From Camelus dromedarius (lineage: Eukaryota), in NCBI RefSeq assembly GCF_036321535.1, contig NC_087436.1, positions 77,564,001-77,628,000 of the forward strand: DNA of 64,000 nt, given 5' to 3'. The number at the start of each line of letters is the position of its first letter. Within the stretch, counting starts at the first letter, position 1. Positions 27,051 through 40,444 of the stretch are shown piece by piece. The position numbers and the translations under genes are program-made. The notes beneath the pieces were generated by a model. It was given only the letters and a program-made list of their open reading frames with translations. It was not told where the DNA came from and ran no database searches.

Positions 27051-30000
27051 TGTCTAAGAATGTTTCATATGCTTATTTATGCTAGTTTTATTTGATGGTA
27101 ACAAAAATCCTCTTCACTCAGGTGACATTTTAAGGAAAAGATTGTGAATGTAACAAAGATACAACTGACTCAGCATGATAGATGTCACACACGGGAGAAT
27201 GCCGGAAAAAATTTGGCTTTACAGTATCCACTTGTCATATTTCCATAAGCATAACACCCATTCCCCATTCAATGATTATATTAAAATTACATAATATAAA
27301 TCCTACCCACAAATTGTCGCTGGGAGTATAAAACCAACGGTGTAAATAGTGCATCACTTCCCTCCTCTGGTTACAGCAGCCCTTCTGTGTGTGTCTGGAT
27401 GTTGGTACCAATAAATTATTTCAGAATCACAAGAACTTAAGTTAATTATACTTTTTATTTCATAATACTGCCCTTACCATATCACTGCTGACGTTTAAAG
27501 ATGCCTTCTAAGTAAGCTGAACTAATTCACACTTTGTACATTTATTTTTAAAGATTCCTTTGAAGCTCAGTGACATTGGGAGGTGAGGGTCTGCAGGAAT
27601 AGTGACAGGCCAGATGCAAGCTGTTTCTACTGTTTCTTCTCTTTTGTGTAAAGACCTGACTTACACAACATCCTGAAACGTCCAATCACCAATATCAGTC
27701 CTGGGTCTCTGTGAGATAGAGAAACCGGGTTATTTGAATTTTCCTAAGAAGTGTTTTAGGAAGCTGTAACCTCTACTGAAGTTTGGAACTGGACAGTGTT
27801 TCTTCTTGAAATGTTTGTCTTATTTTTATAAACGAATTAAGGAGCAAGAATTTCTCTCTTTTTTCTCCCTCCCCTTGCTTTGATTGTTTGATTGCTAAAT
27901 AGAAACCAGTGTACAAGATTTCATTTTTAAGAAAAAAACCTAGGAAACTTACCCTAATTGAATAGGTAAAATATACTATAATGCTGTATCAAGCCTAGAT
28001 TAAAGTTAATTATAAATAATCCGAAGCCTATTTTAGACTTAGTGCCCTACCAGGTAAGTCAAGCATTCGATCAATACCTGAATGACCAAGGATTAAATAT
28101 TACAACCAGTCAGTGAAAGAGTAAATGATTCAGTTCTAGGTGAATGATGAGACAGACACCTGCAGCCCTTGAAAAAGAATACCAAATAGTCTTTCATTCT
28201 CAAGAAGGAATATCAAATCTGGGCCTTGTGCATAAGGTCTATGGTTAGCACCTTGAAGAGAATGTATACACTACTGCACCTCCCAAGGTTTTCCAAGACA
28301 ACCTTGATTTCAAACACCCTGCCGTGTTCACTCCAGGCAATAACTGAGTGGCCCCTCTGCGGCAAACAGAGTGTCTTACTGTTTTTCACATGATGTGTCC
28401 TACGTTTTCATTTGGAAAATAGGCTCAGAATAGACTTTGACTTTATCATCATTGGGCTTTATGAAGGTGGCCTTTCAAAATGCATCCGATAGAACTGAGG
28501 CTTGAATGAGTTAATTTCAAGAGTTATGTTTCTGAAAGCAAATTGCCTGCGTTCATAGCACAGTCCCTCTTTGTTACTCACTTGTGTGAAATTTAGGGAG
28601 TGTAACTTGACCCCATGGAGCTTTAGTTTCCTTATCTGCAAAAGGAATAATAATAGTACCTATTCCATTGGGTTAAGATAATTCAGTAAAATAATCAGTG
28701 TAAAGTTCTTAGACTTGTCCTTAACACATACTAAGGGCTCAATAAAAATTAACTCAGTGTTTTAGCTCAGCTGACTATTAATAAATTTAATTGACCATCA
28801 GATGAGGCCCATACAGGGATATTACCATTTTACCTCAAATATAGCTGTGTACCACAAGAAGGGTATATAATTTGTACTATAGATTTGTTGATAAAATTAG
28901 CCCATTCCTAGTCTTACCTTCCACCTTGCTTTTAATTTATAAAATACACATTCTGTATTATTGTAGAAGTACCTATATAATGTTAGAAAATATTTTGTCC
29001 ATTTCTTACTTTGTGCCAGTATTTTATTACTTTAATTGCTCACTGCAGGAAAACCCTTCAGGATGGCAAAATCACATCTTCCTCGTTACCTGTCTCCATA
29101 CATTTTCAAATGAGTGAAGCTGCCCATTACACCAAGGCCAAATTATTTCAAGTATTGTATTAAAGACATAACTCGTTTGCTATTTTCTTCTCTGGTTTGT
29201 CTATTATTAAGCATTGATACATATTTTAAAAAACAATATATTTTATTTCCAGTGCCTAATGAAAGACTGGCAAATGAAATATCCTTATGGCTTTTTTTTT
29301 TTTAAGCTTGGGATAACAAATATTTATACATGATCTCTTTTTTCCCCAAAAAGATAACCTAAATATAAGTAATAATTTGAAAAAGCATATGAGCAGGAGA
29401 ATCTGAGTCCAACAAATAAGAATCCATTAACTCTTGAAAAGTAAATGTTACAATAAACAGTTATAAATGTTCTAAGTGATGCTTACGGAAAACCTGTTCT
29501 CATGGGTCTGCTATGGGAAGGACAGATGGCATAATATGGGAGAATCAATTGTGTGGTGTTGAAGTAGAGTCAGAGGATCAAGTGGTGGGGGTGGGGAGAG
29601 GGGAAGATTTATTAAGACATCCATAGAACAGTTTCAAACCACATCATCTAACACAAGCACCCCCTAGTCATGCAATCTACCTCACCTCACTCATAGTAGG
29701 AATTAAAGAAACGTTAGCTGGATGAATGAATGAGTTTGATCCTGGGCTATAAAAGGATAGGAAATGCAGACTAATATGGGTTGTGGGGTTTTTGTTTGTT
29801 TGTTTGTTTGTTTTTTCATTGGTGGTTTGTCATTGGTTTTTGACAGCATGGCAATCAGTTAACCTACGTTTCTAAACCTCGGTGTCTTCTTTAGGAAAAT
29901 GGATATAGTAATAATGTTATAATTTAATAGTCCTTCCTACCCCAAAGGAGAGCACTCTGGAATTTACAAATGCTCTACATAATTACATAATTTCTATTTC

Positions 30001-30108
30001 ACTTTTTTGAAAAAAGTGACAAGCAACTGGTATGTTTCCACAGATTCTGTCCCTCTCAATCTACCTTTACATTATCTAGAGGTGTAGGGATGAGGTTAAG
30101 GGTAGAAT

Positions 30109-30759
30109 TGAGACAGGACGGAAGAGAGCAGGGCATAGCCATTAAAAGAATGGCATAGTAGCGAGCACCAAGATGGAGGGAGACTCAACTCCCAGTAGAC
30201 CTTGAGACCCAAGATGGTGGGAGATTTGACTTCCAGTAGACTTTCCTTCATTATACGCTCATTGTAGTAATATTAACATGGTAAATGGCACTCCCACAGG
30301 CACCATGACTGTTCCAAGGCTGGCCATAAAAGGTCAAAAAGTGGACCGTAGGCCAGTTTCTGGGAATCCCAGCCCCTTCCCCAAAGTAGTTGGAATAATC
30401 TTCCCACTTGTTAGCATATGAATTTCTCGAGCCCAGAAAAACTAACAATCCCGCACCTCCTGGCTTTTTCTCTTGCCTTTTGAGGCAGCCTGAACTCTGT
30501 CTATAGAGTGTGTTTCTACTTTTATTTTAAACCAAACACCCATCTCCATGCCTCGTGGCCTCTCTGGCCTTCTGAAACGGCCTACACTCGGTCTATGAAG
30601 TGTGCATCTTTTTGAATAAATCTACTTTTACTCAACTATGGTTCACTCTTGAATTCTTTTCTGCATGAAGCCAAGGACCTTATTTGATAGGGCACATCCC
30701 AGGGACTTGCCTGGGACCTGAGACATGGCCATCCTCTCATACCCCATTTTCCTGTAGCA
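30109..30759 (+). mobile_element. ERV1 solo LTR, MER41-like
   Basis: TG...CA termini and a 4-bp TSD GAAT (30105-30108 / 30760-30763). AATAAA at 30615-30620. Internal CATTATACGCT...CACTCCCAC...CCATGAC...TTCTGGGAA...GAATAATC...GTTAGCATAT and TTGAATTCTTTT...GCCAAGGACC resemble MER41. Confidence 0.85.
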
Positions 30760-33700
30760 GAATGGAAAAGAAGACATGAGCATGGGTACAGAAGGAAGTT
30801 GGAGAGTCTTCAGTCATCTTTCTCTATGCTGTTTTAGAGGAATGGTCTGCAGAAGGTATGAATAAGAGAAGGGAGTTTCCCTCTGTAAGTCAGGCACTGG
30901 ATGGTTTATAGGAAACAAGGTGTGGTGAGTCCCTGAGGAAAAAGGTGAGAGATAGCAGTTACAACCATAAATTGAAGAACAGTCATCACAAGTTCAAAGT
31001 GTGAAAAGCACACTTAGTGAAGCATGGCTATTTTAAGTTTCACTTGCACTCACAGCAAGCAACGTGTGGAAGCCCAGCCTCCCTTCTGAAAGCAGAGAGG
31101 AGACAGACCAGAAAGGGGAACCAGGGTTTCCTGTGTTAAAATATTAATTATTTGTGGGTGGTACTTTTTAAACATAGCCAGGAATTGCTATTGAAATGCA
31201 AATGGGTGTTTACTACCCTGAAGGAGATGTAAAAAAGAAAAAAAAAAAAAAAAAAAAGACAATACCCAGAGCTGGAAATTGCCCCCTGGGCCAAGGGCAG
31301 ATGTTGGGCAAGAACAGAAATGGGCAGAGAGGGCAGGAAGAAGGGAGGAGGGGCAGGAGACAAAAAGGCCAGAAAGAAGTGGAAAAGGCCAGCATAGACA
31401 TCCCGTGAGAGCTGATTAAAAAGTCACAGCTGAGCCCAGTCTTTGTCACAATGCAAGTAAGGATTCACAAGATTTAGTGGGTGGACTGGTCAACTCCTGA
31501 GAATTGAAAGACTCCCCAGTAGAAGGGAATATGGTCAAGCTGGTCAATAGTGCCTTAACAGTGTGAGCGATACTGCACCTGGTGAGATAAGGACCACATA
31601 GCCCCTTCCCTTAGAGGAAATGCTGACTTTGAAATAAAGCAGTCTTAAAGAACTCAAGTATGGAGCAGAATAGCAGTATTACTAGAGATGAAACAGAGAA
31701 GAGGCAGAAAAGGCTGAATTTAAGTATCACTTATTGAAGAGCTTTCCCACTAATCTTTTTTTACCTGCTGAATGGGGATAGAAGAGAGAATTGAAGACTT
31801 ATTAGGAATGGGTCTGGAAGAAATAGGGGAAAACCAAGTAATCAAACTCCCATTGCTTCCTCACTTTCCCACTTTAAGCCATACTGGATAAGCCACACTG
31901 GGACATAAAGGGAAACAGTAAGGGCTACAACAGCTAGACATGCTGCATAACAACAAGGACTGCCAGAGCTAGACACGCTGCATGGGCTGAGACACACTCA
32001 GTTAGTCATGAGACATAGCTATTTCTGGACAATTTAATATATAAAGGCAGAATGTCAAGGAAGCTTGAATACATCCAAGTGGGCTGGGAAGCAAGAGCTA
32101 GAACTAAATTCAGACCTTTTTGTCCCCTATAGTCTCAAAGTGTCTTTGGACATGACTCCATGTGTGTTAATATGAAGTGTCACAGAACTAGCTACTTCAT
32201 TTAGGGGTTAATGTCAAGTCAAATAGAATTTAAAAATCAGTTTTTTATTTGATTTGTTCAATCAAAAATTATGCGTGAGTGCTTTCTCTATGCCATGTTC
32301 CTTACTGGGTCCTGGGTTTGAGCCGTGACAAAGATGCGCGTGGTGCCCAAACTCCACAGCCAACTCAGAGTGTCAGTGAAGTTCCCCTGAGTTCATTCCC
32401 TGAGTTACACAGACCTTTTATCCTTAATAATATGGACAACAAGTGACCATTCAATGTGTTTATATCAGGGGAAAAAATAATCAATTTATACTGCAGAAGG
32501 ATGATGCATTAGATGTATGCAAAATGGTTGGATGGGAAGGAGAATGGAGAATTTGAAAGATTGGAAAACTGTTTCACGGGGTTGCTGCATTAACAGTTTT
32601 CAAGGCACAGACGTGAACTAGAGAGTGTCAATGAGAATATTTTTTAAAGGATCAGATCTTTACCAGAAGAACTGGCAAAACTTGGGAACAATTAGACACA
32701 GAGGATGAAAGAGGAAGAAAAGATTGCAAAATGATGAGAAGTTTTTAGTTGAGAAAGTCCACGTGATAGAGAATAATTTCCTAATATAAAGGATCTAAGT
32801 CATTCTAAGAACCATAGGAAACCAAGAGATCAATAAATTTTCCTCCAACTGGTGGTAACTGATAAGACCTGTCAGAATGCTCACAGCTCTCCAGGCACTG
32901 GGGTCAAGAGTGGTTCTTAGATTCTATGCTTCTTATCTTAAATTCATCAGTGAGATCTTTAATGTTAACATATGCTGCATTAGAGCTAACAGTTTGTTTT
33001 ACAATTGGTGGCGATAGCCTTCATTACGCCAAAAAAAGGTAGGTGTTGGAGGAAGAAAAACACATTTGAGAATGACCTCTTATTTATTCTTAAGGGCATG
33101 GCTTTATTAACTCACCTCCTTTCACAGACCAGAAGATCTCCCCGTCAGAGCACACTAGGTCTCAAGGATCTCAAATTTAAAATTAGTGGGTAAAGATTAA
33201 GGATAAAGTATAAAGAACATCAGATCAGAAGAACATTTTTTTTCCCCTAACCCTGCCCTGCCACTTACTATGTGCCTTGGATAAGAAAAGTCCATTATAG
33301 ATGAGTAAACTGAGGCTTATAGAGGTTTAATAGCTTGTTTAAGTCCCCTAAGTCATTAGGAGAGAAATCAAGATTTGAATTCAACTCTTTGACTCCAGCC
33401 AGTGTGTTCCTAATGTGTTCTCTCACTGCCTCTTTGGTCCATCATTGCAGGATCTGCATCTGAAGAATAATTATTTAACTGGGGTGGCATGCACCACAGC
33501 ATAAGATGCACCCCTCTTCCACCTGCTCTGTGCTTTTGTTTACAATTTTAGATAAATTGGAAATTCTCTCATTGCAAATGCAACTATTTCAACACCTTGA
33601 AGGATTATTCAAAATCCTACACCAATTTTATAAAAAACAGTTCATCTTCATATTTTGTGTCCTGAAAAGTATACCATCAATATCCATATTTTCTTAGATT

Positions 33701-33790
33701 TATTTTTGAAATATCTTATTTTCACTGCTCTCTCAAGACTGTACTGTTGTAGACATCAAACTTTTCAAGAGGCATTTAAAGCACCATGTC

Positions 33791-34356
33791 TGTGATGACT
33801 AATTTTATGTGTCAGCTTGGCTAGGCTATGGTGCCTATTTCATTAAACATTAGTCTACATGTTGCTGTGAAGCTATCTGTGGATGTGATTAACATTTATA
33901 ATCAGTTGAACTTAGGTAGAGCAGATTATTTTCCATAATGTGGTGGGCTTCATCCAATCAGTTGAAGATCTTAAGAACAAAGACTTAGGTTTCCTGAGGA
34001 AGAAGGAGTTCTCCCTCAAACTACATAGACATCCTGCCTGAGTTTCCAGTCTGCCAGCCTACCCTATAGATTTCAGATTCAAGATTGTAACATCAGCTCT
34101 TTCCTGAATTTCCAGGCTGCTGGCCTGCCCTACATATCTCAAATTGCCAGACCCTACAATCATGTGAACCAAATCCTTAAAGTAAATCAACAGATAGGTA
34201 GGTAGATAGACAGATCTATATCTCTCTAAATCTGGGTATATAGATATACCTGTTTCTCTATATCTATTTATATCCGTGTGTGTGTGTGTGCGTGTGCGTG
34301 TGCGTGTACATGTGTCTTATTGGTTTGGTTCCTCTGGAGAAGCCTGACTAATCCAG
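33791..34356 (+). mobile_element. MLT2B-like ERVL LTR with internal TA/TG simple repeats
   Basis: TGTGATGACTAATTTTATGTGTCAGCTTGGCTAGGC...CATCCAATCAGTTGAAG...CTCTGGAGAAGCCTGACTAAT. Confidence 0.85.
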
Positions 34357-34465
34357 TGACCAACCATCGTGGTTTTCCCAGGACAAAGAGATTGAGTGGA
34401 ACATGGACCTTTCAGATCTAAAACCAGGACAGACTTGAGCAAACCCAGACAAGTTGGTCACCCTA
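34356..34465. mobile_element. MER81 hAT-Blackjack MITE
   Basis: GTGACCAACC...GACCTTTCAGATCTAAAACCAGG...GTTGGTCACCCTA inverted termini. Confidence 0.7.
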
Positions 34466-37338
34466 CGTTAAAGTATCTCTTCCTTGCAGCAAATTGCATG
34501 GTGGAAAGAATTATCAGTGTTACACAGACTTGCAGGATCTTTCCAATTATTGGTGGTGCAAGTTATCTAGCCAAACACCAGTCAGACTATATTAACTTAG
34601 CACTGCACTAGGTTGTGTGTGTATGGTAAAGTACACATAATGCAAAATGTACCATTTAAACCATTTTAAAGGTACACACCACTGTGCAATCACCACCACT
34701 TTCTATTTGCAGAATCTTTGCATCACCCCAAGCAGAATTGCTATCCATTAACACTCTCCCCAGCTCCTGGCAACCACTTATCTGTTTTCTGCCTCTATGG
34801 ATTTGTCTCTTCTGGCAAATGTATCCGATTGAATTAAAAGGCTGCCTTGAATTAAAAGGCTACCTGAAGGAGCTGAGTTTTGAGCCAAATGACTCAGCAA
34901 CACAGATTGTAAGAAAGAATGAAGAAAGTCTTTTAGGGTTTAAATCATTTAGTCATGCATTCAACAACTCTTTATTGAACAGCTACTATGAACCAGAGGC
35001 TTTTCATGGTACTGAGGCTATACTTGTCCTCGGGGTCATAGTGTTGACACAGAGGGTCAGCCATTCATAGCAAATGATTGGATGTATTGAGTTTATGAAA
35101 AATGTGGAAATGGAAATGGAGTCGATGGAAGTTAGAAGCCCTTGAATTCTGGACCCAGGGGTTAAATGCTAACTATGTTCGGCCCTGGATGGTCACCATA
35201 GATTCCTGAGATATGAAGTGACCAGGCAATCCTTGGCTCTTCTTGTCCTGTTTCTTGGTGTGGAAAGATAGGGGACAGCAGCGAGCAATTCTTCTAAACT
35301 GCCACGCAGCGGAGGGTGGCCTGCCATGGAAGAAAAGGGTACTGGAAATGACTGCGGACGTGGAAAAGAAGGCCTTTCATTTCTTCACAGGATTAGAAAA
35401 AAATTCTATCCAGACTGTTTTGAACAGGGCTTAGCTACGCATTCGGATATTACTCTCTGATAAGAAATACCATAAAACACCTGTGTTAGGTAATACACGT
35501 CAACAACATCTCCTTTCTATCAGAACTTAATCTATGTTCATCAGTAGTTGGTAGGACTTCTGCCATGGCTTGGTAAAGAGATACAAACAGGTCCACCTCT
35601 GTGCAGAACTAGAGATAAGTACTTCCACAAAATATTACTACTATGATGCTACGTAAATCACCTTTACAGTCCTATAATAAAGCCACTAATAACACTTTGT
35701 ACTTATGAACTGCCTCACACCGAGAACCTCGGATGTTTTATAGACCATAACTTCTCCCAGCACCCTTCTTGAGATAAAGAATAATTACTCTTCCCTACCA
35801 ATAGATACACCAGAAACGAGCTTAGCTGAATGACTTGCCCAAGGCCACTGAGGTAAGACAGAAGTCCACTTGTTCTGGAGACTAACTCGGGGCCCATCCT
35901 GCACTAAAGAGTGTGGTAGGCAATCCTTTATCACAGGCACTGTTTCTACTTCCCCTTTCTTTTTCTACCAACTCCTGGCAGCTCTCCTAAGTTTCCCTCA
36001 AGGTGTTAACTGATACCAGCTGATAATGCTCAAGGTGTCAGCCTTCCCAGGGATATCTACCTTTTATTGGGGAGCTCCTGAGGGCTGGCTGAATTTCAAG
36101 AAGCAAAGAAAGGAGCTCTTTGAATCGTGGTTGGAAAATGTGTGTCCTTCCCATGGCTCACAAAGGGCCCTGCGCGGGACACTGATCAGCCCCTGCTCTG
36201 CCACCCTGGAGACTGTCTCCAGAGAGAAATCTCCTTTCCTACTCCACCCACCAGGCCACTCTGAGGTCTTACTTTGTCTTAAGGATGGAAAAGGAAAGAG
36301 AGGAATCATCTTTGTGCCTAGAACTTTCTGACAGCAGGACCTGTCTCGTTCTGTCCGAGCCATCTCTCAGTAAAATTGTTAGTGAGTTGTTTCTTGATGT
36401 TTACTTGGCGATACAATCCAAACACTGCCACCAGGTGGGATTTCTTCCACCTAGCAGGACAGACACGTCCCACAGCGTTTCCAAGATCAATAACGTGTAA
36501 GACCTCTTCCTACCTAAATGAGCGGAAACAGAACAACTTAAAACCACTAGAAAAGTGCCTGGTTGCCCATCGCCCTTTGTTGGAACTTGTGTCTGATTTC
36601 CTAAATTAATTTCAAATAGGCTATTGCATATGATTTAAGAGGAAAGTGGGAAATAGGAATTCAAGGGCTGAGGTTTGCTGTATGATCACTTGCGTATCTT
36701 TTATGATATGGATCATTTAAAATTTTTGGAGAAGGCAGTTAACACTTACTTTATGTACAAGTGCTCAATGTGCAGAGAAAAATATTGAAAATGGGTTTCC
36801 TCCTGATCTTTTTATCACTGGAAGAGTAGCAGTACTGCTTTTCTCTAAAAAGGAAACAAATTTCTGCTATCAACATGAATTTCCTCTGAAGACAGCCCTG
36901 TTGAGGCTGTGCAGATATAATCAACTATCAGAAGTCAAAAACAAAATAATAATAATAATAATAAAGTCTCTCTTCATCTTTCTGCCATCTTAGGTGACAG
37001 AATTAGGATGTCATGGTTTGTGCCCCAGTGTTTTTCTTGCAGCTGCTCTTCTGAAGGGGATTTACTGAGGACCTACTGCGGGCAAAGACCTCTCCCAGGT
37101 GCTACGCGTGATTCTTGCCCTTGGGAGGCTGCTTTCTAAATAGGGACGCAAATGTACACAAGTGCCCATTGTTCATGATCTGTTAGTGTTCATGTGTTTA
37201 TGTATCAAATAATGGCCTGGAGTCTTCCAGAAAGGCTTTATGGAACAAATGAAATCTGAAATGTGCTGATCTGGAGAAGATTCATGTTTTGATTTGGGTT
37301 TGATATATATTATGTGGAAATTTGCACCAGAGTGTTTT

Positions 37339-37940
37339 TTTTTTTTAATTGAAGTCTACAATGTTGTGTCAATGTCTGGTGTACAGCATAATATTTCAAC
37401 CATACATATACATTCATATGTTTGTTTTCATATTCTTTTTCATTATAGGTTACAACAAGATATTGAATACAGTTCCCTGTGCTAAAGTTGTCATTTATCT
37501 ATTTTAGATATAGTAGTTAATATCTGCAAATCTCAGACTCCCAATTTATCCCTTCCCACCACCTTTCCCCAACTGGTAACCATAAGTTTGTTTTCTATGT
37601 CTGTGATTCTGTTTCTGTTTTGTAAATAAGTTCATTTGTGTTTTTTAGATTCCACATATAAGTGATATCATATGGTATTTTTCTTTCTCTTTTGGCTTAC
37701 TTCACTTAGAATGACAGTCTCCAGAGCCATCCATGTAGCTGCAAATGGCATTATTTTATTCTTTTTTTTGGCTGAGTAGTATTCCATTGTATAAATATAC
37801 CACAGCTTCTTTACCCAGTCAGGGGACATTTAGGTTGATTCCATGTCTTGGTTACTGTAAAAAAGTGCTGCTATGAACACTGGGGTGCATGTCTTTTAGA
37901 ATTAGAGTTTCCTCCAGATATATGCCCAGGAGTGGAATTG
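37339..37940 (-). mobile_element. Relatively young 5'-truncated L1 (ORF2 C-terminus, 3'UTR, polyA)
   Basis: The minus strand gives ORF2 tail remnants (IPLLGIY...FIAAL...[12 protein letters not shown]...MPFAATWM...ILSEVSQ). TSD CAGAGTGTTTT (37328-37338 / 37941-37951) at a canonical TT/AAAA L1 endonuclease site. Confidence 0.92.
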
Positions 37941-40444
37941 CAGAGTGTTTTAAAGCAAGAACAACTACCACAGGATGGCCGCAGATTCCTGAGTGGTGTT
38001 CCTCACCAATTCCTTAGAATTCAAAAATATATGCCAAACTAGCTGCAGAAGTAATCACAAATCTCTTTTTAATTATTTACACTTCCTTCAAAATATACAT
38101 TCCAATAAAATGTACTGTACACTTAGTATAGTTGTAGGGATGACGAAAATGGAAAAGAAGCATCCTTTGATCTTGTTGAGAATCGAGTCTGTCAGCATCT
38201 ATTCAATTTTAATTTCAGTCCAGCCAAATCCTATTCGGCTAATCTGGCACTATCCAGACACTCCTGCTCTGTTTACAGCTCAGCAATCGTTACCAGGATT
38301 GACAACATGGATACCTGAAATATTTATACAGCATTTATGCAATCACTCTTCATTGCCTAGTAAAAGACTGGTTTGCAGTGGCTGGCTTCTTGCCAGAGTT
38401 ATCTAGATCTTAATGTTATAAGGCAAGAATTTACCCTAGAGTTCAAAAATTGAAAAACAGGGTGGAGGAGTTGGTAGTGGTGATCATTTGTGGTCAAAGA
38501 AAGCTATTTGCTTTTCTGTGGGCAGATATCCAGGGGCAGTTTGAAATGACTTCCCTCAAGGAAGAAACAACAGAAAAACACCTGGAAATCCTGAAGTGAA
38601 AGTAGAGAATCAAATTAGTTCCCAGTGGTGATATTTATCATTTCTACACCCTCTGTCCATATTTTTAAAGCATTCGTCACCATACCTAAGCGATTTTAAT
38701 TGATCCTGTCAAGGTTTTTAACATGGGTCATCTGAGTAGCTACACCCAGAAATTTATTTGCCAGGTGAAAAGGCAGATGCTTGCAGCCATACTGATGATT
38801 GGATCCCTGGGTTGCTGAGGTGACAAATGAGATCACCTCCCTCCAGATACTGGAAGGTCAGTAGCCTCTTCAATCCGCAGCCCTATTGCCACCATCTTGT
38901 GGACCACGTTTAGGGGAAGGGCCAGTAGGAAGGAAGAGGGACCAAAGGAGGTAGAATTAAGAAAGTGGGAGAAGGGAGAGGGATAGGGGTGAGCCTGAGA
39001 GCAGAAGGGAGGGGGAGGAGTGAGGCAGCCACGTGTATTTATGCACTGCCAGCTAATCCTCACCTATGGGGGCTTAGAGGCAAGACTGCCTGGGAGGATG
39101 CTATGGAAATATGGATGGAAATGTTTGCTGAATTGTGTATGGAACAATTGCTAGGGCACAAAATAATGTACGTGTTACCCTTTTAGAAACTCAGCTTAGG
39201 AAATAAACACTAAAAGGGCGAGGTGAAAAAAGAGATGTATTCTAAGAGGAAAAGAGTTTTTAAACTAACAGCTTTTCCCCAAGACAAGAATCAAACTCAG
39301 TAAACTGCCATGTATGAACATCCAAGAGAAATTCAAGAGAGAGAAATCTGCTAGTAAAAAGGTTTTGGGGAGGCCGTAAGAATTTAAACACAAATTACAG
39401 AGGAAGGATGGCACCTGAACTGCCTGCAGGAAGAAACTGATTAGGATGGTGGGGTCGAGTTCCACCCACAAATCCTGCAGACAACACACAGAAAACAATG
39501 GGACCAGCACCTGAGGAGACATTCAGACTATCAAATCACAAAGACTCAATGAACAGCCAGAGGGAGGAAGGCTTCAAGGCAGGCTCGCAAAATTTCTCAT
39601 GCTGTGATTCAAGCATGACACAGAACATTCTACCAAGGGCGAAAACATCAGTTGTTATAAGTAAAACCCTTTTCTTTTCTTGGTGGGGGAGTGGGTTAAG
39701 AAGAAGGGGAAGTGTAATGGCAAATTCTCATAGCACCATTATCAGCTGAAATTTTCAGTATAGGTGGGATTGAATAGTACAACAGAAAATATGACCAGGT
39801 GTGTCAGTTAGTGATAAAACCTTACTGTGCACGTTGTTCAGATGTGTTGATTGTGAAGCAGAATCACCAGAGTCAAGCATGAAAAGGGATCCAGCCCCGT
39901 CACAATATAATTTCTTTATTTTTTAATTAAACAGGAAAAAGTCAAAATACTATGTGGTTCTAAAGATACAGTTAACACACAGAAATATTCTATGTCCTAG
40001 GCATAGAAAAGGGAAACTGAGAAGAGATATTCCAATATGCTAATTTTGGTTTCGTTTGCGTCCTATGATGACAGGTGATGTGAAAATAGTGTTTCTGCTC
40101 TCAAGGATCTAATTAGTTGTTTTTTCTTATTCTGTATGTTTAGTCATCTTTAATTTTCATATCATTACAATTTTAAGGAATGTCTTAGTTGAAAAGCAGT
40201 TGAAATGACTTCAAAAAAGGAAATAAACAAAAGCTAAAATCAAATTATTCTGTTATAGGAAGATAAACTTTTTTATTCTATATATTAATATAGGAAAATA
40301 AATATATTTGATGGGAGATATCTGGTGTAACACCCCTCATCTTATCACTGTTCAGTTGGATTCTGTTCCATACATATTATATTAAGCATATAATGATGTG
40401 TAAGGAAATTAGGGGAAGGCAGTGAGGGTAAAAGACGAATAACT

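Noticed and set aside
31932..31983. Spaced 17-bp direct repeat AGCTAGACAYGCTGCAT as a CRISPR-like array
   Set aside because: Only two copies, in a mammalian genome with no cas genes. An ordinary local duplication.
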